A stretch of DNA of 64,000 nucleotides from Bdellovibrionota bacterium (GTDB taxonomy: Bacteria; Bdellovibrionota_G; JALEGL01; DATDPG01). Positions 9,236 to 18,131 of the stretch are shown here, in pieces. The position numbers and the translations under genes were made by a program. The notes under the pieces were generated by a model. The model was given only the letters and a program-made list of their open reading frames with translations, was not told where the DNA came from and made no database searches. Location of the stretch: positions 1,824,001 through 1,888,000 of the forward strand of contig OY764265.1 in NCBI GenBank assembly GCA_963668355.1, written 5' to 3'. The stretch's first letter is position 1. Each line of letters starts with the position of its first letter.

Positions 9236-10258
9236 TTAGCAGCCAAAACCCAAGAACTCGCTGCAGCTTCCCCATAGGCCTTGGAAGCCAATGGAATGGG
9301 GGGCTTGCTCCGTGAGGTTCCCAATCCGTTTCCAGTTTCGGGAAAACGTTTCCACTGTTGCGCCGTAACGGACAACGCCTGACTCATCATAGTCATAAAA
9401 ACTCACTTGGTTTTCCATCGTAAATTCCAGTCTCTTGTAGATGTCAGGATCGGTGTCGTCTTCCAAGCTGTGAATCAGGATTTCCGAAAATGTACTTTCC
9501 TCGTCTGCCTCTTGTGTGACCATGGCTTGGGGGTTGAAACGAATGCTTCCCGCTTGGCCGATGGTCCATCGTTCAATGGGGATATTGGTCAGAGTGACAT
9601 TTCCCTCCAAGTTTGGAGAGTCTCCCAGCTCGGCGCAAAACTCGATGAGAACGGGCGTCCTAGCCGTACTTCCTGCAAGAGAAACCGTTCCTTTGGTATA
9701 GAAGAAGACATTGTTTTCCACTTGGCAAGCCGTGGCGGTGCGCAATACGGGTGGGGTGTTTAAATTAGCGCCATGCTCGTCTTGAAAGGTCTCTTCACTA
9801 ACATTGGAAAGTTTTCCCAGAACCATCAAGTGGCGTTCGATTTCGATGTCATATCCAGTCACATTTTTTTGTCTCATGGCTGCATAGCTGGCCAACATCT
9901 GATTGGCTAAGGTTTGAGCGATGGCGCTTTTCTGAGCCTGGCACCAAACATCACATTCAGCGTCTTCATTTCCGGGGCACTCGTTGACGTCGTCATATTT
10001 GTCCGAAATGCCGTCGTCATCACAGTCTGGATCGTTAGGTGGGGTCCCGAGGTTTTCTTCGCACTCATCCGTTAAACCATCTCCATCCGAATCGGTTCCG
10101 GTTCCGTTGTAACAGGGGTTGTCGCTTAGGTTGTTTGTGCCTCCCGAGGAGGAACTGCTGGATGAACTTGAATTCTCACTCCATTCGGCTGGGCCTCCGC
10201 AATGAATGACCAAGGCCGAGGATAAGATCAAAAGAAATATATGTATCCAAAACTTCAT
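9236..10258 (-). CDS. Hypothetical lipoprotein with Ser linker and TSP3-like Asp repeats
   Basis: Lipobox-like LVIHC, poly-Ser, DSDGDGLTDECEENLGT..DPDCDDDGISD. Confidence 0.72.
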   Translation of the reverse strand: MKFWIHIFLLILSSALVIHCGGPAEWSENSSSSSSSSSGGTNNLSDNPCYNGTGTDSDGDGLTDECEENLGTPPNDPDCDDDGISDKYDDVNECPGNEDAECDVWCQAQKSAIAQTLANQMLASYAAMRQKNVTGYDIEIERHLMVLGKLSNVSEETFQDEHGANLNTPPVLRTATACQVENNVFFYTKGTVSLAGSTARTPVLIEFCAELGDSPNLEGNVTLTNIPIERWTIGQAGSIRFNPQAMVTQEADEESTFSEILIHSLEDDTDPDIYKRLEFTMENQVSFYDYDESGVVRYGATVETFSRNWKRIGNLTEQAPHSIGFQGLWGSCSEFLGFGC

Positions 10259-10273
10259 TCCTTCTTATAAATA

Positions 10274-10290
10274 AACAAAGTGTGTGCCAA
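10274..10290 (-). promoter_or_regulatory. sigma54 -24/-12 promoter candidate (GT at -12)
   Basis: TTGGCACACACTTTGTT on minus strand, GG-N10-GT. Confidence 0.45.
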
Positions 10291-10411
10291 GAGGGATGTT
10301 TTGGAATATCGTGTAATTCTTAGGAGTTATGGAAATTTTTGTTCTACGTGGCGTGCTGAAAGATGGGCCATTTGAGCCAAAGTTCGCCAGAGATTGCAAA
10401 GAGTTAGGTTG

Positions 10412-11263
10412 ATGGAAGTTCTAATTTTATTGGGAAAAACGATTCTTTTCCGGCCCTATGTGTTCATCTTTTTAGCGGCTTTTTTGTTTTCCGGAACCAT
10501 TGCGATGGGACGCCGAAGAACGTTGGTGTTTCTCTTTGGAACCTGGGTTTTGGCTTTTTTGTCGGAGTATTCTTCCACACGAAATGGTTTTCCTTATGGC
10601 CTGTACCATTACACGGATGTTACGAAGGGAAAGGAGTTGTTCTTATCCAATGTCCCTTTCATGGATTCGCTTTCGTATTCCTTCCTGCTTTTTGCTTCTT
10701 ATTCAATGGCATTGTTCACTTTAGCGCCTCTTCGTGTGAAGAAATGGGACATCCAAGTACTGGACACCTTCAAGCTTCGCCAAAGTTGGCCGGTGCTCTT
10801 GTTGACTGTGCTGTATATGATGATGGTGGATGTCGTGATTGACCCCGTTACGCTACATGGGGATCGTTGGTTTCTTGGAAGAATTTATTATTACGAAGAG
10901 CATGGGCACTTTTTTGGCGTTCCGCTCTCGAATGCTTTTGGATGGGCGGTCGTGGCGTTTGTGGCGCTGCTTTTCTATCAGAAAATGGAGAAATATTTTT
11001 TGGGCCCCGCCTTTCGAGATCGGGGGCTACGTGTTTGGCGCTTCCGAGGATTGTTTGGTGTGGGACTTTATTACGGGGTTTTGGCGTTTATCCTTTCGGT
11101 GGCAGCGTGGATTGGAGAGAAGGGCATTTTGATTGCTGGATGTTTCATTTTCCTTCTGCCTACGGTGATTTTGTTGCTGCGTTTGAGAGATCCCCGCGTT
11201 CGTGCCTCCGAAGAAGAGTGGAAAGCATATTTAAAAGAGTTTCAATTAAATCTTGGCGAATAG
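10412..11263 (+). CDS. CruF/DUF422-like 'carotenoid biosynthesis' membrane protein
   Basis: EYSSTRNGFPYGLYHY, DVVIDPV, FFGVPLSNAFGW; multiple TM helices. Confidence 0.75.
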   Translation: MEVLILLGKTILFRPYVFIFLAAFLFSGTIAMGRRRTLVFLFGTWVLAFLSEYSSTRNGFPYGLYHYTDVTKGKELFLSNVPFMDSLSYSFLLFASYSMALFTLAPLRVKKWDIQVLDTFKLRQSWPVLLLTVLYMMMVDVVIDPVTLHGDRWFLGRIYYYEEHGHFFGVPLSNAFGWAVVAFVALLFYQKMEKYFLGPAFRDRGLRVWRFRGLFGVGLYYGVLAFILSVAAWIGEKGILIAGCFIFLLPTVILLLRLRDPRVRASEEEWKAYLKEFQLNLGE

Positions 11264-11272
11264 GATTGAAGT

Positions 11273-13897
11273 TTGTTTGGAAATGTTGAAAAAAAAGTAT
11301 TGCCCAATGGTTTAACGGTTTTGATGAAACCCGATCATCGCTTGCCTCTGGCTTGTGTATTGACCTGGGCCAAGGTTGGATACTTCAATGAACCAGATGA
11401 TCTCACGGGTGTTTCCCATTTTATTGAACATTTGTTTTTCAAGGGAACGTCGAAACGCCCAGTGGGGCGGATTGCCCAAGAAACAAAAGAACTGGGCGGC
11501 TATCTGAATGCCTCTACTTTTTATGATTACACATTTTATTATACGGTTGTTCCCTCCCAAAACTTGATTGGGGCTTTGGATGTTCAGTCCGATGCGCTGA
11601 TGAATCCTCTTTTTGATTCCGATGAAATGGAAAAAGAAAAGCAGGTCATCATTCAAGAGGTGAAACGAAAGTTTGATAACCCGGATCCTTTTGCTTGGGA
11701 AAAATTGCTGGAGCTTTCTTTTCATCGTCATCGAGTGGGTCGTTGGCGAATGGGAACTGAGAAGCAAATCGAGGAGTATCCGGACGAATCAGTAAAAGAC
11801 TTTTTCGATCGTTATTATTTTCCGGAAAACATTATTTTGGCGGTCACGGGAAATTTCGAACCGGAAAAGATACTCCCCGAGATTGAGAAACGTTACGGAG
11901 AGATGGAATCCGGATTGGCTCAAGGGGAGGACTCCCCTCTTGAACCTGAGCAGAAGGAGCCTCGTTTGGAGCGAATCGTGGGGGATGTCTCTCAGGCCTT
12001 CATCAAGATGGGATTTCATGCGCCGGACCTGCATGACCCCAATCACCACGCGCTCAATTTTTTAAGCATTCTCATGGGGAGAGGGCGCAGCTCTCGATTT
12101 TATCGAAGTTTAAAAGAGGAAAAGAAAATCGCGGAAGGTGTGGGGGCAACCTTTTATGCGGCTCCTGGCGTCGGCTTTTTGACGCTCGAGGCGGAGCTCA
12201 AACCTTCGAAAATTGCCGAATGTGAAGAAGAAATCTGGGCTGAAATGGACCGGCTGTTCCGGGATCCTCCTTCGGAAGAAGAAATGTCGAAAGTTCGGAA
12301 CATCATGGAAATGAATTTTTTCCAAGAACGAGAAGACATCATGGGGCAGGCGTATGGCTTGGCCTTTTTTGAAGCTCTTGGAGGGTATGAACAAGCCCAG
12401 GAATACCTTGAAAAAATGCGATCGGTCTCCGTTGAAGATTTGTTACGGGTGACCGAAGAAGTGGTCCAATTCCCTCGTATGAATCTTTTGGAATATGTTC
12501 CTGAATCCTTTGGCCAAGGAGCCCCCTATGACCAGCGGCTGGCCAGTCTGGAAAAGCGCGTCCAAACTCGAAGGAAAAAGAGTGATCCAAAAGCCGAAAT
12601 TCCAGTTTCAGAGCCTGTGGCGCCCTTGGTGTTTTCCAGAGAAGGGGAGCATAACGACATCCAAGACCTCGAAATGATTCCTTTGGAAGGCGGCGTAAAC
12701 CTTCTTTACTTGAAGTCGAAGGCTTTCCCCGTGGTGAATGTCTCGGTGGGTTTTCCCGGAGGAAGGTCGGATGAAACCGACGAAAATTGTGGATTAACTC
12801 AGTTTTTATTGCGAACAGCTTTGAAGGGAACGGAACATCGAACCGCCGACGAGGTGGCTTTTGAAGTGGAAGAGCTGGGTCACCCTCTTCATGTGGAAGC
12901 CTCTGCGGACCATTTCACGTTTTCCTTGAATATGTTGTCTCGGAATCTTCAAAAGGGTGTGGGGTTGCTCTTAGATGTGATTTTGCAACCCACGTTTCCC
13001 GAGAATGAAATTGAAGTTGAGAGAGAGGCGGTCAAAAATCATTTAAATCGCCTCCAAGACAATATGTTTACCTACCCCATTGAGCTGTTTTATCGCTCGC
13101 TATACGGGATGCATCCCTACGGGCTTCCCCGAAATGGGACGTTTGATTCTCTGGAAAATTTTTCTCACGACCAACTTCTGGATTGGTATCGCAGCGTGTT
13201 TCGTTGGAAGAAAATGGTCGTTTCCGTTGTGGGAGATGCAGATCGTCAACAAGCCATTGATTTGATTTCAGAAAGGTTTTCGGTCTCAAGAGACGGAGAA
13301 GAAGAGTCCAGAGCAGAAATTTTGCCGGTAATTCCCCCCCGTGGATTACAAGAAGTGATTGAAGATCGGAATCGAAAACAAACGGCTTTGGCCTTTGGTT
13401 TGAGTGGGGTGAGTCTTCGAGATGAGCGATATTATGACCTAGAGGTCTTGAAGAACATTCTCTCGGGAATGGGAGGCCGACTCTATATGGAAGTCCGTGA
13501 GAAGCGGGCTCTGGCGTATACGGTTACTGCTTTCAATATTGGGCTTCTTCGTGGTGGGGCCTTCTTTTCTTATGTGGCGGCAAATCCTGAAAAAGAGGCA
13601 GAGGTTCGAAAGGTTCTTTTGGATGAGTTCTTTAAGGCCAGTACCCGTCGGCCCACCGAAGAGGAAGTTCGGGTGGCAAAGAGTTATTCCCTGGGTAGTC
13701 ACGACATTTCGCTACAAGGAAACCAAGCTCTGGCAAATGCGGCTTTTCTTCACCATTTTTCTGGAAGAGGAATGGAGACGTTGAAAGTATATCGTGAACA
13801 GATAGAATCGGTTACGGCCGAGTCGGTCCGATCCGTTGCTCATCAAATCATGGATGTTGAGAGTGCCGCGGTTGGAATCGTCAGAGGGAGAGTGTAA
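11273..13897 (+). CDS. M16 family zinc protease (tandem M16 repeats)
   Basis: HxxEH (SHFIEHLFFKGT), LNAST; second repeat lacks the zinc motif. Confidence 0.9.
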   Translation: MFGNVEKKVLPNGLTVLMKPDHRLPLACVLTWAKVGYFNEPDDLTGVSHFIEHLFFKGTSKRPVGRIAQETKELGGYLNASTFYDYTFYYTVVPSQNLIGALDVQSDALMNPLFDSDEMEKEKQVIIQEVKRKFDNPDPFAWEKLLELSFHRHRVGRWRMGTEKQIEEYPDESVKDFFDRYYFPENIILAVTGNFEPEKILPEIEKRYGEMESGLAQGEDSPLEPEQKEPRLERIVGDVSQAFIKMGFHAPDLHDPNHHALNFLSILMGRGRSSRFYRSLKEEKKIAEGVGATFYAAPGVGFLTLEAELKPSKIAECEEEIWAEMDRLFRDPPSEEEMSKVRNIMEMNFFQEREDIMGQAYGLAFFEALGGYEQAQEYLEKMRSVSVEDLLRVTEEVVQFPRMNLLEYVPESFGQGAPYDQRLASLEKRVQTRRKKSDPKAEIPVSEPVAPLVFSREGEHNDIQDLEMIPLEGGVNLLYLKSKAFPVVNVSVGFPGGRSDETDENCGLTQFLLRTALKGTEHRTADEVAFEVEELGHPLHVEASADHFTFSLNMLSRNLQKGVGLLLDVILQPTFPENEIEVEREAVKNHLNRLQDNMFTYPIELFYRSLYGMHPYGLPRNGTFDSLENFSHDQLLDWYRSVFRWKKMVVSVVGDADRQQAIDLISERFSVSRDGEEESRAEILPVIPPRGLQEVIEDRNRKQTALAFGLSGVSLRDERYYDLEVLKNILSGMGGRLYMEVREKRALAYTVTAFNIGLLRGGAFFSYVAANPEKEAEVRKVLLDEFFKASTRRPTEEEVRVAKSYSLGSHDISLQGNQALANAAFLHHFSGRGMETLKVYREQIESVTAESVRSVAHQIMDVESAAVGIVRGRV

Positions 13898-14277
13898 TGA
13901 GCTGGGAAATTTTTCAAGATCCTTCAAAATGTTTCTCCGTTGTTCTCTTTGTTCAAGAAAGCGATTTTTCCTCTCGTCAGAAAGAAATTGAGCGACTTGG
14001 GAATCAACGAAATGTGCGATTGGTTGTTCAGCCCTGCCCGTATGAGGGAATCGAGTTTTTGTCTCGAATTGGACACCAATTGATTGGCCATGAAGTGAGT
14101 TCGGACAAGGAATTATATTGGTTAGCCATTGAATTGAGAGCGGATGTTCCAGATTCGACCTTTGAGGAAATTTCCAATCAACACATTGAATACTTAACGG
14201 CCATTTTGGAGCAAAAGGCTGAAAAAGTGGAACAAAAGGGGAAATTGTTACGAAGCTATATCGAACAATATTCGTAA
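13897..14277 (+). CDS. Hypothetical protein
   Basis: 126-aa ORF coupled to the M16 protease stop (TAATG). Confidence 0.6.
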   Translation: MSWEIFQDPSKCFSVVLFVQESDFSSRQKEIERLGNQRNVRLVVQPCPYEGIEFLSRIGHQLIGHEVSSDKELYWLAIELRADVPDSTFEEISNQHIEYLTAILEQKAEKVEQKGKLLRSYIEQYS

Positions 14278-14279
14278 GC

Positions 14280-15863
14280 TTGACGATTTGCGGAGCGTTT
14301 TTTTTCGACGCTGCGTTGGAGTCCAAGCCCGCGTCTTCTCCTGAGTCCGTATTTCGAATGGCGGTCGTGGGTCCCATTCGGACGTTGGATCCAGCTCTGT
14401 CTCGCTCCCTTGCCGAGCACATCCTGCTTACCAACCTGGGTGAACCTCTCATGGTTATGGACACAAAAACGGGGCTTCCGATTGAAGGGTCTGCTCGGTC
14501 CGCGAAGGTGTCCAAAGACGGCAAGAAAGTCACCGTAAAGCTTCGAAAAGATTTGTTCTGGTCCAATGGTGAGCGATTGAAGGCGGAGGATTTCAATTTC
14601 TCATTACGTCGGTTGCTGGACCCAACGATTCAGTCTTGGTTTTTCCCCATGTTTAAGAATCTTCGAGGTGCCCAGGCGTTTCACGATGGAGCTCCAATTG
14701 AACCGAGCCAAATTGGGATTGAAGTAAAGGCAGAGGACACGCTGGTTTTTCATTTGGAAAAACCCGATCCTTTCTTTTTGTTGACCTTGGCTCATCCAGT
14801 CACGATGCCTGTGCATCGAAAGACACTGGACCGATTCAAAAAGTCTTGGTTTTCTCCCAAACACTGGGTCGGGAATGGCCCTTTTCTGCCGGTGGCCAAA
14901 AACGCTTATTTTTATCGCTTGCGAAAAAACCCCCATCATCGATTCAGTCCGGGAATGGCTTTGGACGAAGTTCAAATTTCCCTTAGCCCGACTCGATCCG
15001 AAGCCGTGGATCTATTTGTGCAAGGAAAGGTGGATCAGTTTGGATATCGTGATCACGGCGTCCCCTTGCCAAAGACTCATGAGTTTGTGGGAAAAGGAAG
15101 TCTGCGTTATGAGCCGGACTTACGAACGTTTTTCTTGCGTTTGAATTCTGCCAAAGCTCCCTTGAGCCAACGCAAGATACGAGAAGCCTTGGCCATGTCA
15201 TTGGATCGTGGCCTGCTGGTTCCAACCTCGGATCAATCCCGGAGACCCCTTACCCTTTCCCTCGTTCCGGATAAGCTCCTCGGGTATGAAGCCCCTCACG
15301 GATACTTATATAACACCCCAGGGGCATTGGGGATCTTGTCCGATCTCGGATATTGCACGCGGGATCGTTCTCCGGCCGGATGTAAGCATCTTCCTCCCCT
15401 GGAAATAATTCATCGAGATCACTCTTCCATGAGGAAACAGGCTTTGAAATTACAGGGGATTTGGAAACGGGCTTTGGGGTTGCAGGGCATGCGCATTCTT
15501 TCCTACAACGATGAAGCCTTTGAAAAAGCCATCTCCACGGGGAAGTACATGATGGCCTTGGATGATTTGGCGGTGGATTCCGAACGTCCTTTTGATTTTT
15601 TGAAGATGTTTCATTCAAAGCAAAGTCTATCTGGGGGAGTCAGTCTTCCTGAGTACGATCATCTCTTGGAGTTTGCCCAAAACACCCCGGCCTGGCCAGA
15701 AGCCAGAAAGCATTTTCGCGCGGCGGAAGCGAGGCTTTTGAGGGAGGCACTCGTGATTCCCCTGTATCACGGTACAACTCCCGTGTTGGTGTCTCCTCGG
15801 GTGAGGGGCTTTGTTCCCAACCTGATGGGGGTATATCCCTTTTCTGAGATTTCCTTGCGATAA
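14280..15863 (+). CDS. Peptide ABC transporter substrate-binding protein (OppA family); start uncertain
   Basis: TLDP, WSNGERLKAEDF, VGNGPF, IREALAMSLDR, IPLY. Confidence 0.82.
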   Translation: MTICGAFFFDAALESKPASSPESVFRMAVVGPIRTLDPALSRSLAEHILLTNLGEPLMVMDTKTGLPIEGSARSAKVSKDGKKVTVKLRKDLFWSNGERLKAEDFNFSLRRLLDPTIQSWFFPMFKNLRGAQAFHDGAPIEPSQIGIEVKAEDTLVFHLEKPDPFFLLTLAHPVTMPVHRKTLDRFKKSWFSPKHWVGNGPFLPVAKNAYFYRLRKNPHHRFSPGMALDEVQISLSPTRSEAVDLFVQGKVDQFGYRDHGVPLPKTHEFVGKGSLRYEPDLRTFFLRLNSAKAPLSQRKIREALAMSLDRGLLVPTSDQSRRPLTLSLVPDKLLGYEAPHGYLYNTPGALGILSDLGYCTRDRSPAGCKHLPPLEIIHRDHSSMRKQALKLQGIWKRALGLQGMRILSYNDEAFEKAISTGKYMMALDDLAVDSERPFDFLKMFHSKQSLSGGVSLPEYDHLLEFAQNTPAWPEARKHFRAAEARLLREALVIPLYHGTTPVLVSPRVRGFVPNLMGVYPFSEISLR

Positions 15864-15971
15864 TGGTGGAGAAAATCCACTGGTGTCATGTTTCCCAGTG
15901 TCAAAACGCCACTTTACGCTCGGATGACGTTTGTAAGGCACGAATATTTAAAGAAAAAATATTTTTCGGTT

Positions 15972-15988
15972 TTGGCACAAACCCTGCT
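15972..15988 (+). promoter_or_regulatory. sigma54 -24/-12 promoter candidate with no downstream CDS
   Basis: TTGGCACAAACCCTGCT, exact GG-N10-GC, preceded by an AT-rich tract. Confidence 0.6.
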
Positions 15989-15998
15989 TTTTCATAGT

Positions 15999-16210
15999 TC
16001 AAGACAATTGGGGAAGCGGGGCTTTCAAAAAACTGTGAGAAACCTTTTGGAAGCCCCCAAAAAAAGGCTCCGAAGTCAAAGATTTAGATTCGTTGGGGGA
16101 AAACGGTCGGAAACGGCATGCGGTACGTTGGTGGAATGAGGAAGACAGATTCGATTGAAAGCGAAAGGCCTCGGGGACATGTCTCGCAACATGTCCCCGA
16201 AAATTTTTTT
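15999..16210 (+). ncRNA. Candidate sigma54-dependent small RNA
   Basis: Promoter upstream, hairpin 16018-16057, terminator 16171-16210, no convincing ORF. Confidence 0.4.
16171..16210 (+). terminator. Intrinsic terminator
   Basis: 12-bp stem TCGGGGACATGT/ACATGTCCCCGA, 6-nt loop, then AAATTTTTTT. Confidence 0.7.
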
Positions 16211-17147
16211 AACCATGAACAGGCAGGTGTTGTAATTCGGGAGGAAGGGCGAAGTTAACGTCTTCCTCAACCAAATCCAGCTCTTCTGTAGAGGATCCTT
16301 TCTGCTCGAGCCAATTCAAGACTTCTTGCACCAAATATTCAGGCGCTGAGGCTCCTGCCGTCAATCCAATGAGTTCTTTTTCTTGGAGCCACTTGGGGTC
16401 AATTTCTTCCGCGCGATCAATCAAGTAAGCATCTACGCCTAGAGCTTGAGCCACTTCACAGAGACGTTGAGAATTGGAACTGTTTTTGGAACCCACGACC
16501 AAAAGAAGTTGAACGCCTTTTTTGACCAAGGCCTTCACGGCGTCTTGACGATTTTGAGTGGCATAGCAAATGTCATCTTTCTTGGGGGACTTGAGTTCAG
16601 GAAATCTTTTTCTCAAGACATCCATCATCTCTTTGGACTCATCAACACTCAAGGTGGTTTGGGTAAGCGCAGCTACTTTAGAGGGATTTGGAATGTCCAG
16701 GTGGTCAACATCTTCCGGAGAGCCGACCACGGAGATGTCTTCAGGGGCTTCCCCGAGGGTGCCTTCCACTTCGTCATGATCTGCATGGCCGATCAAAACG
16801 ATGGAGTCTCCTTGGGTTAGGTATCGATGAACTTCATGGTGAACTTTCGTGACCAAAGGACACGTGGCATCAATGACTTGTAAATTTCGGTCTGCGGCGT
16901 GTTGCCTCACCTCGGGGGAGACGCCATGAGCACTGAAAATGACGAGACTGCCTTGTGGAGCCTCATCCAGACTGTCGATGAAATGGACTCCACGTGCCTG
17001 GAAGCTTTCCACAACCGCTTTATTATGAACGATCTCTTTTCGAACGTATAAGGGTGTGCCATAGTTTTTCAATGCGAGTTCGACGATGTCGATCGCACGA
17101 ACGACGCCGGCACAGAAACCACGAGGACTAGCAAGAAGAGTTTTCAT
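16209..17147 (-). CDS. ispH: 4-hydroxy-3-methylbut-2-enyl diphosphate reductase
   Basis: PRGFCAGV, IVHN, SAHGV, DATCPLV, DICYATQNRQ, NSSNS, TAGASAP. Confidence 0.96.
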   Translation of the reverse strand: MKTLLASPRGFCAGVVRAIDIVELALKNYGTPLYVRKEIVHNKAVVESFQARGVHFIDSLDEAPQGSLVIFSAHGVSPEVRQHAADRNLQVIDATCPLVTKVHHEVHRYLTQGDSIVLIGHADHDEVEGTLGEAPEDISVVGSPEDVDHLDIPNPSKVAALTQTTLSVDESKEMMDVLRKRFPELKSPKKDDICYATQNRQDAVKALVKKGVQLLLVVGSKNSSNSQRLCEVAQALGVDAYLIDRAEEIDPKWLQEKELIGLTAGASAPEYLVQEVLNWLEQKGSSTEELDLVEEDVNFALPPELQHLPVHG

Positions 17148-18131
17148 ATGACGCGAAGACATGACAGAAAATGGATCGAGTGGCAAGGGGGGCTCTGGGC
17201 CCTTTTTTCTCTATTCCTTGTACCATCCGCCTTGGGTGAAGGAGATCCGGCGCGACGGAACGTGGATATTCAGGTGTACTCACCAAACCAAGGATCGGTC
17301 GAGGATGGAAAACCTTTGCGCTTTGGGGATCCTGAAGTGGTTTGGGAAGAGGAAGTGCCCGATTCTTCTCCGAAAGAAAAAAAAACCTCCAAAATATCGT
17401 CTCCCAAAAGAGCCAAGCCTTCGATGCCTGCCACCCAGACTTTCAAAAATGCTTCAGGAATTCGAGAGATGATCGATTCGGTTCCTCCCGATCAAGATTT
17501 CTCTCTCGTTTTGGAGAGGATTGACGCGGGAGGCGCGTCTGCCGTTCCCGTTTTGGCCGAAGTGTTTTTGGATCCTTCGGCGCGTTGGCAATCGAGGTGG
17601 ATTGCGGCGATGGCGTTGAGTCGTGCGGATAGCAAAGATAGCCGTGCGGCGTTACAGAAAGGTCTTCAAGACTCCTTTTTCCTGGTTCGGATGGCCGCGT
17701 TGGTGGCTTTGGGGGCGAGCCGAGAAGGGGATGTGGCGCCCGCAGTACGTCGTTCTTTGAATGACAAGGCGATGGTGGTTCGGTCTGCAGCCGTGGATGC
17801 GTTAGGTAAATTACGGGATGAAGGTTCCGTACCAGCTTTATTGGAGGAGTTGTGGGCTGCTCGAAATTTTCATCGCGGGAGGAGTTTGTGGATTCGAAAA
17901 CATATTCTCGTGTCTTTGGGGAGAATTGGAGATGCTTCTGTCTTGCCTTCGGTCATAAAAGTTTTTGGAGATCATGATTCTGAACTTCGTCTGGAAGCCT
18001 GTCGAACGTTGAGCCGACTTCAACCCGAAGTCGAACATGCCTCCGAAACTCCTCGTGAAGGGTGTGCAGATCAGTGGTTAAGTTGGTTCAAAACGTTTGA
18101 GGAAAAGAGTTCCCCTACTTCAATTGAGTGA
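17148..18131 (+). CDS. Exported HEAT-repeat protein (start uncertain)
   Basis: Signal-like N-terminus; repeats such as VRMAALVALG and VRSAAVDALG. Confidence 0.75.
   Translation: MTRRHDRKWIEWQGGLWALFSLFLVPSALGEGDPARRNVDIQVYSPNQGSVEDGKPLRFGDPEVVWEEEVPDSSPKEKKTSKISSPKRAKPSMPATQTFKNASGIREMIDSVPPDQDFSLVLERIDAGGASAVPVLAEVFLDPSARWQSRWIAAMALSRADSKDSRAALQKGLQDSFFLVRMAALVALGASREGDVAPAVRRSLNDKAMVVRSAAVDALGKLRDEGSVPALLEELWAARNFHRGRSLWIRKHILVSLGRIGDASVLPSVIKVFGDHDSELRLEACRTLSRLQPEVEHASETPREGCADQWLSWFKTFEEKSSPTSIE

Noticed and set aside
13712..14596. 294-aa minus-strand ORF
   Set aside because: Antisense shadow of three plus-strand genes with no recognisable motif
15888..16139. 83-aa plus-strand ORF in the oppA-ispH gap
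   Set aside because: Runs through the sigma54 motif and hairpin; not protein-like
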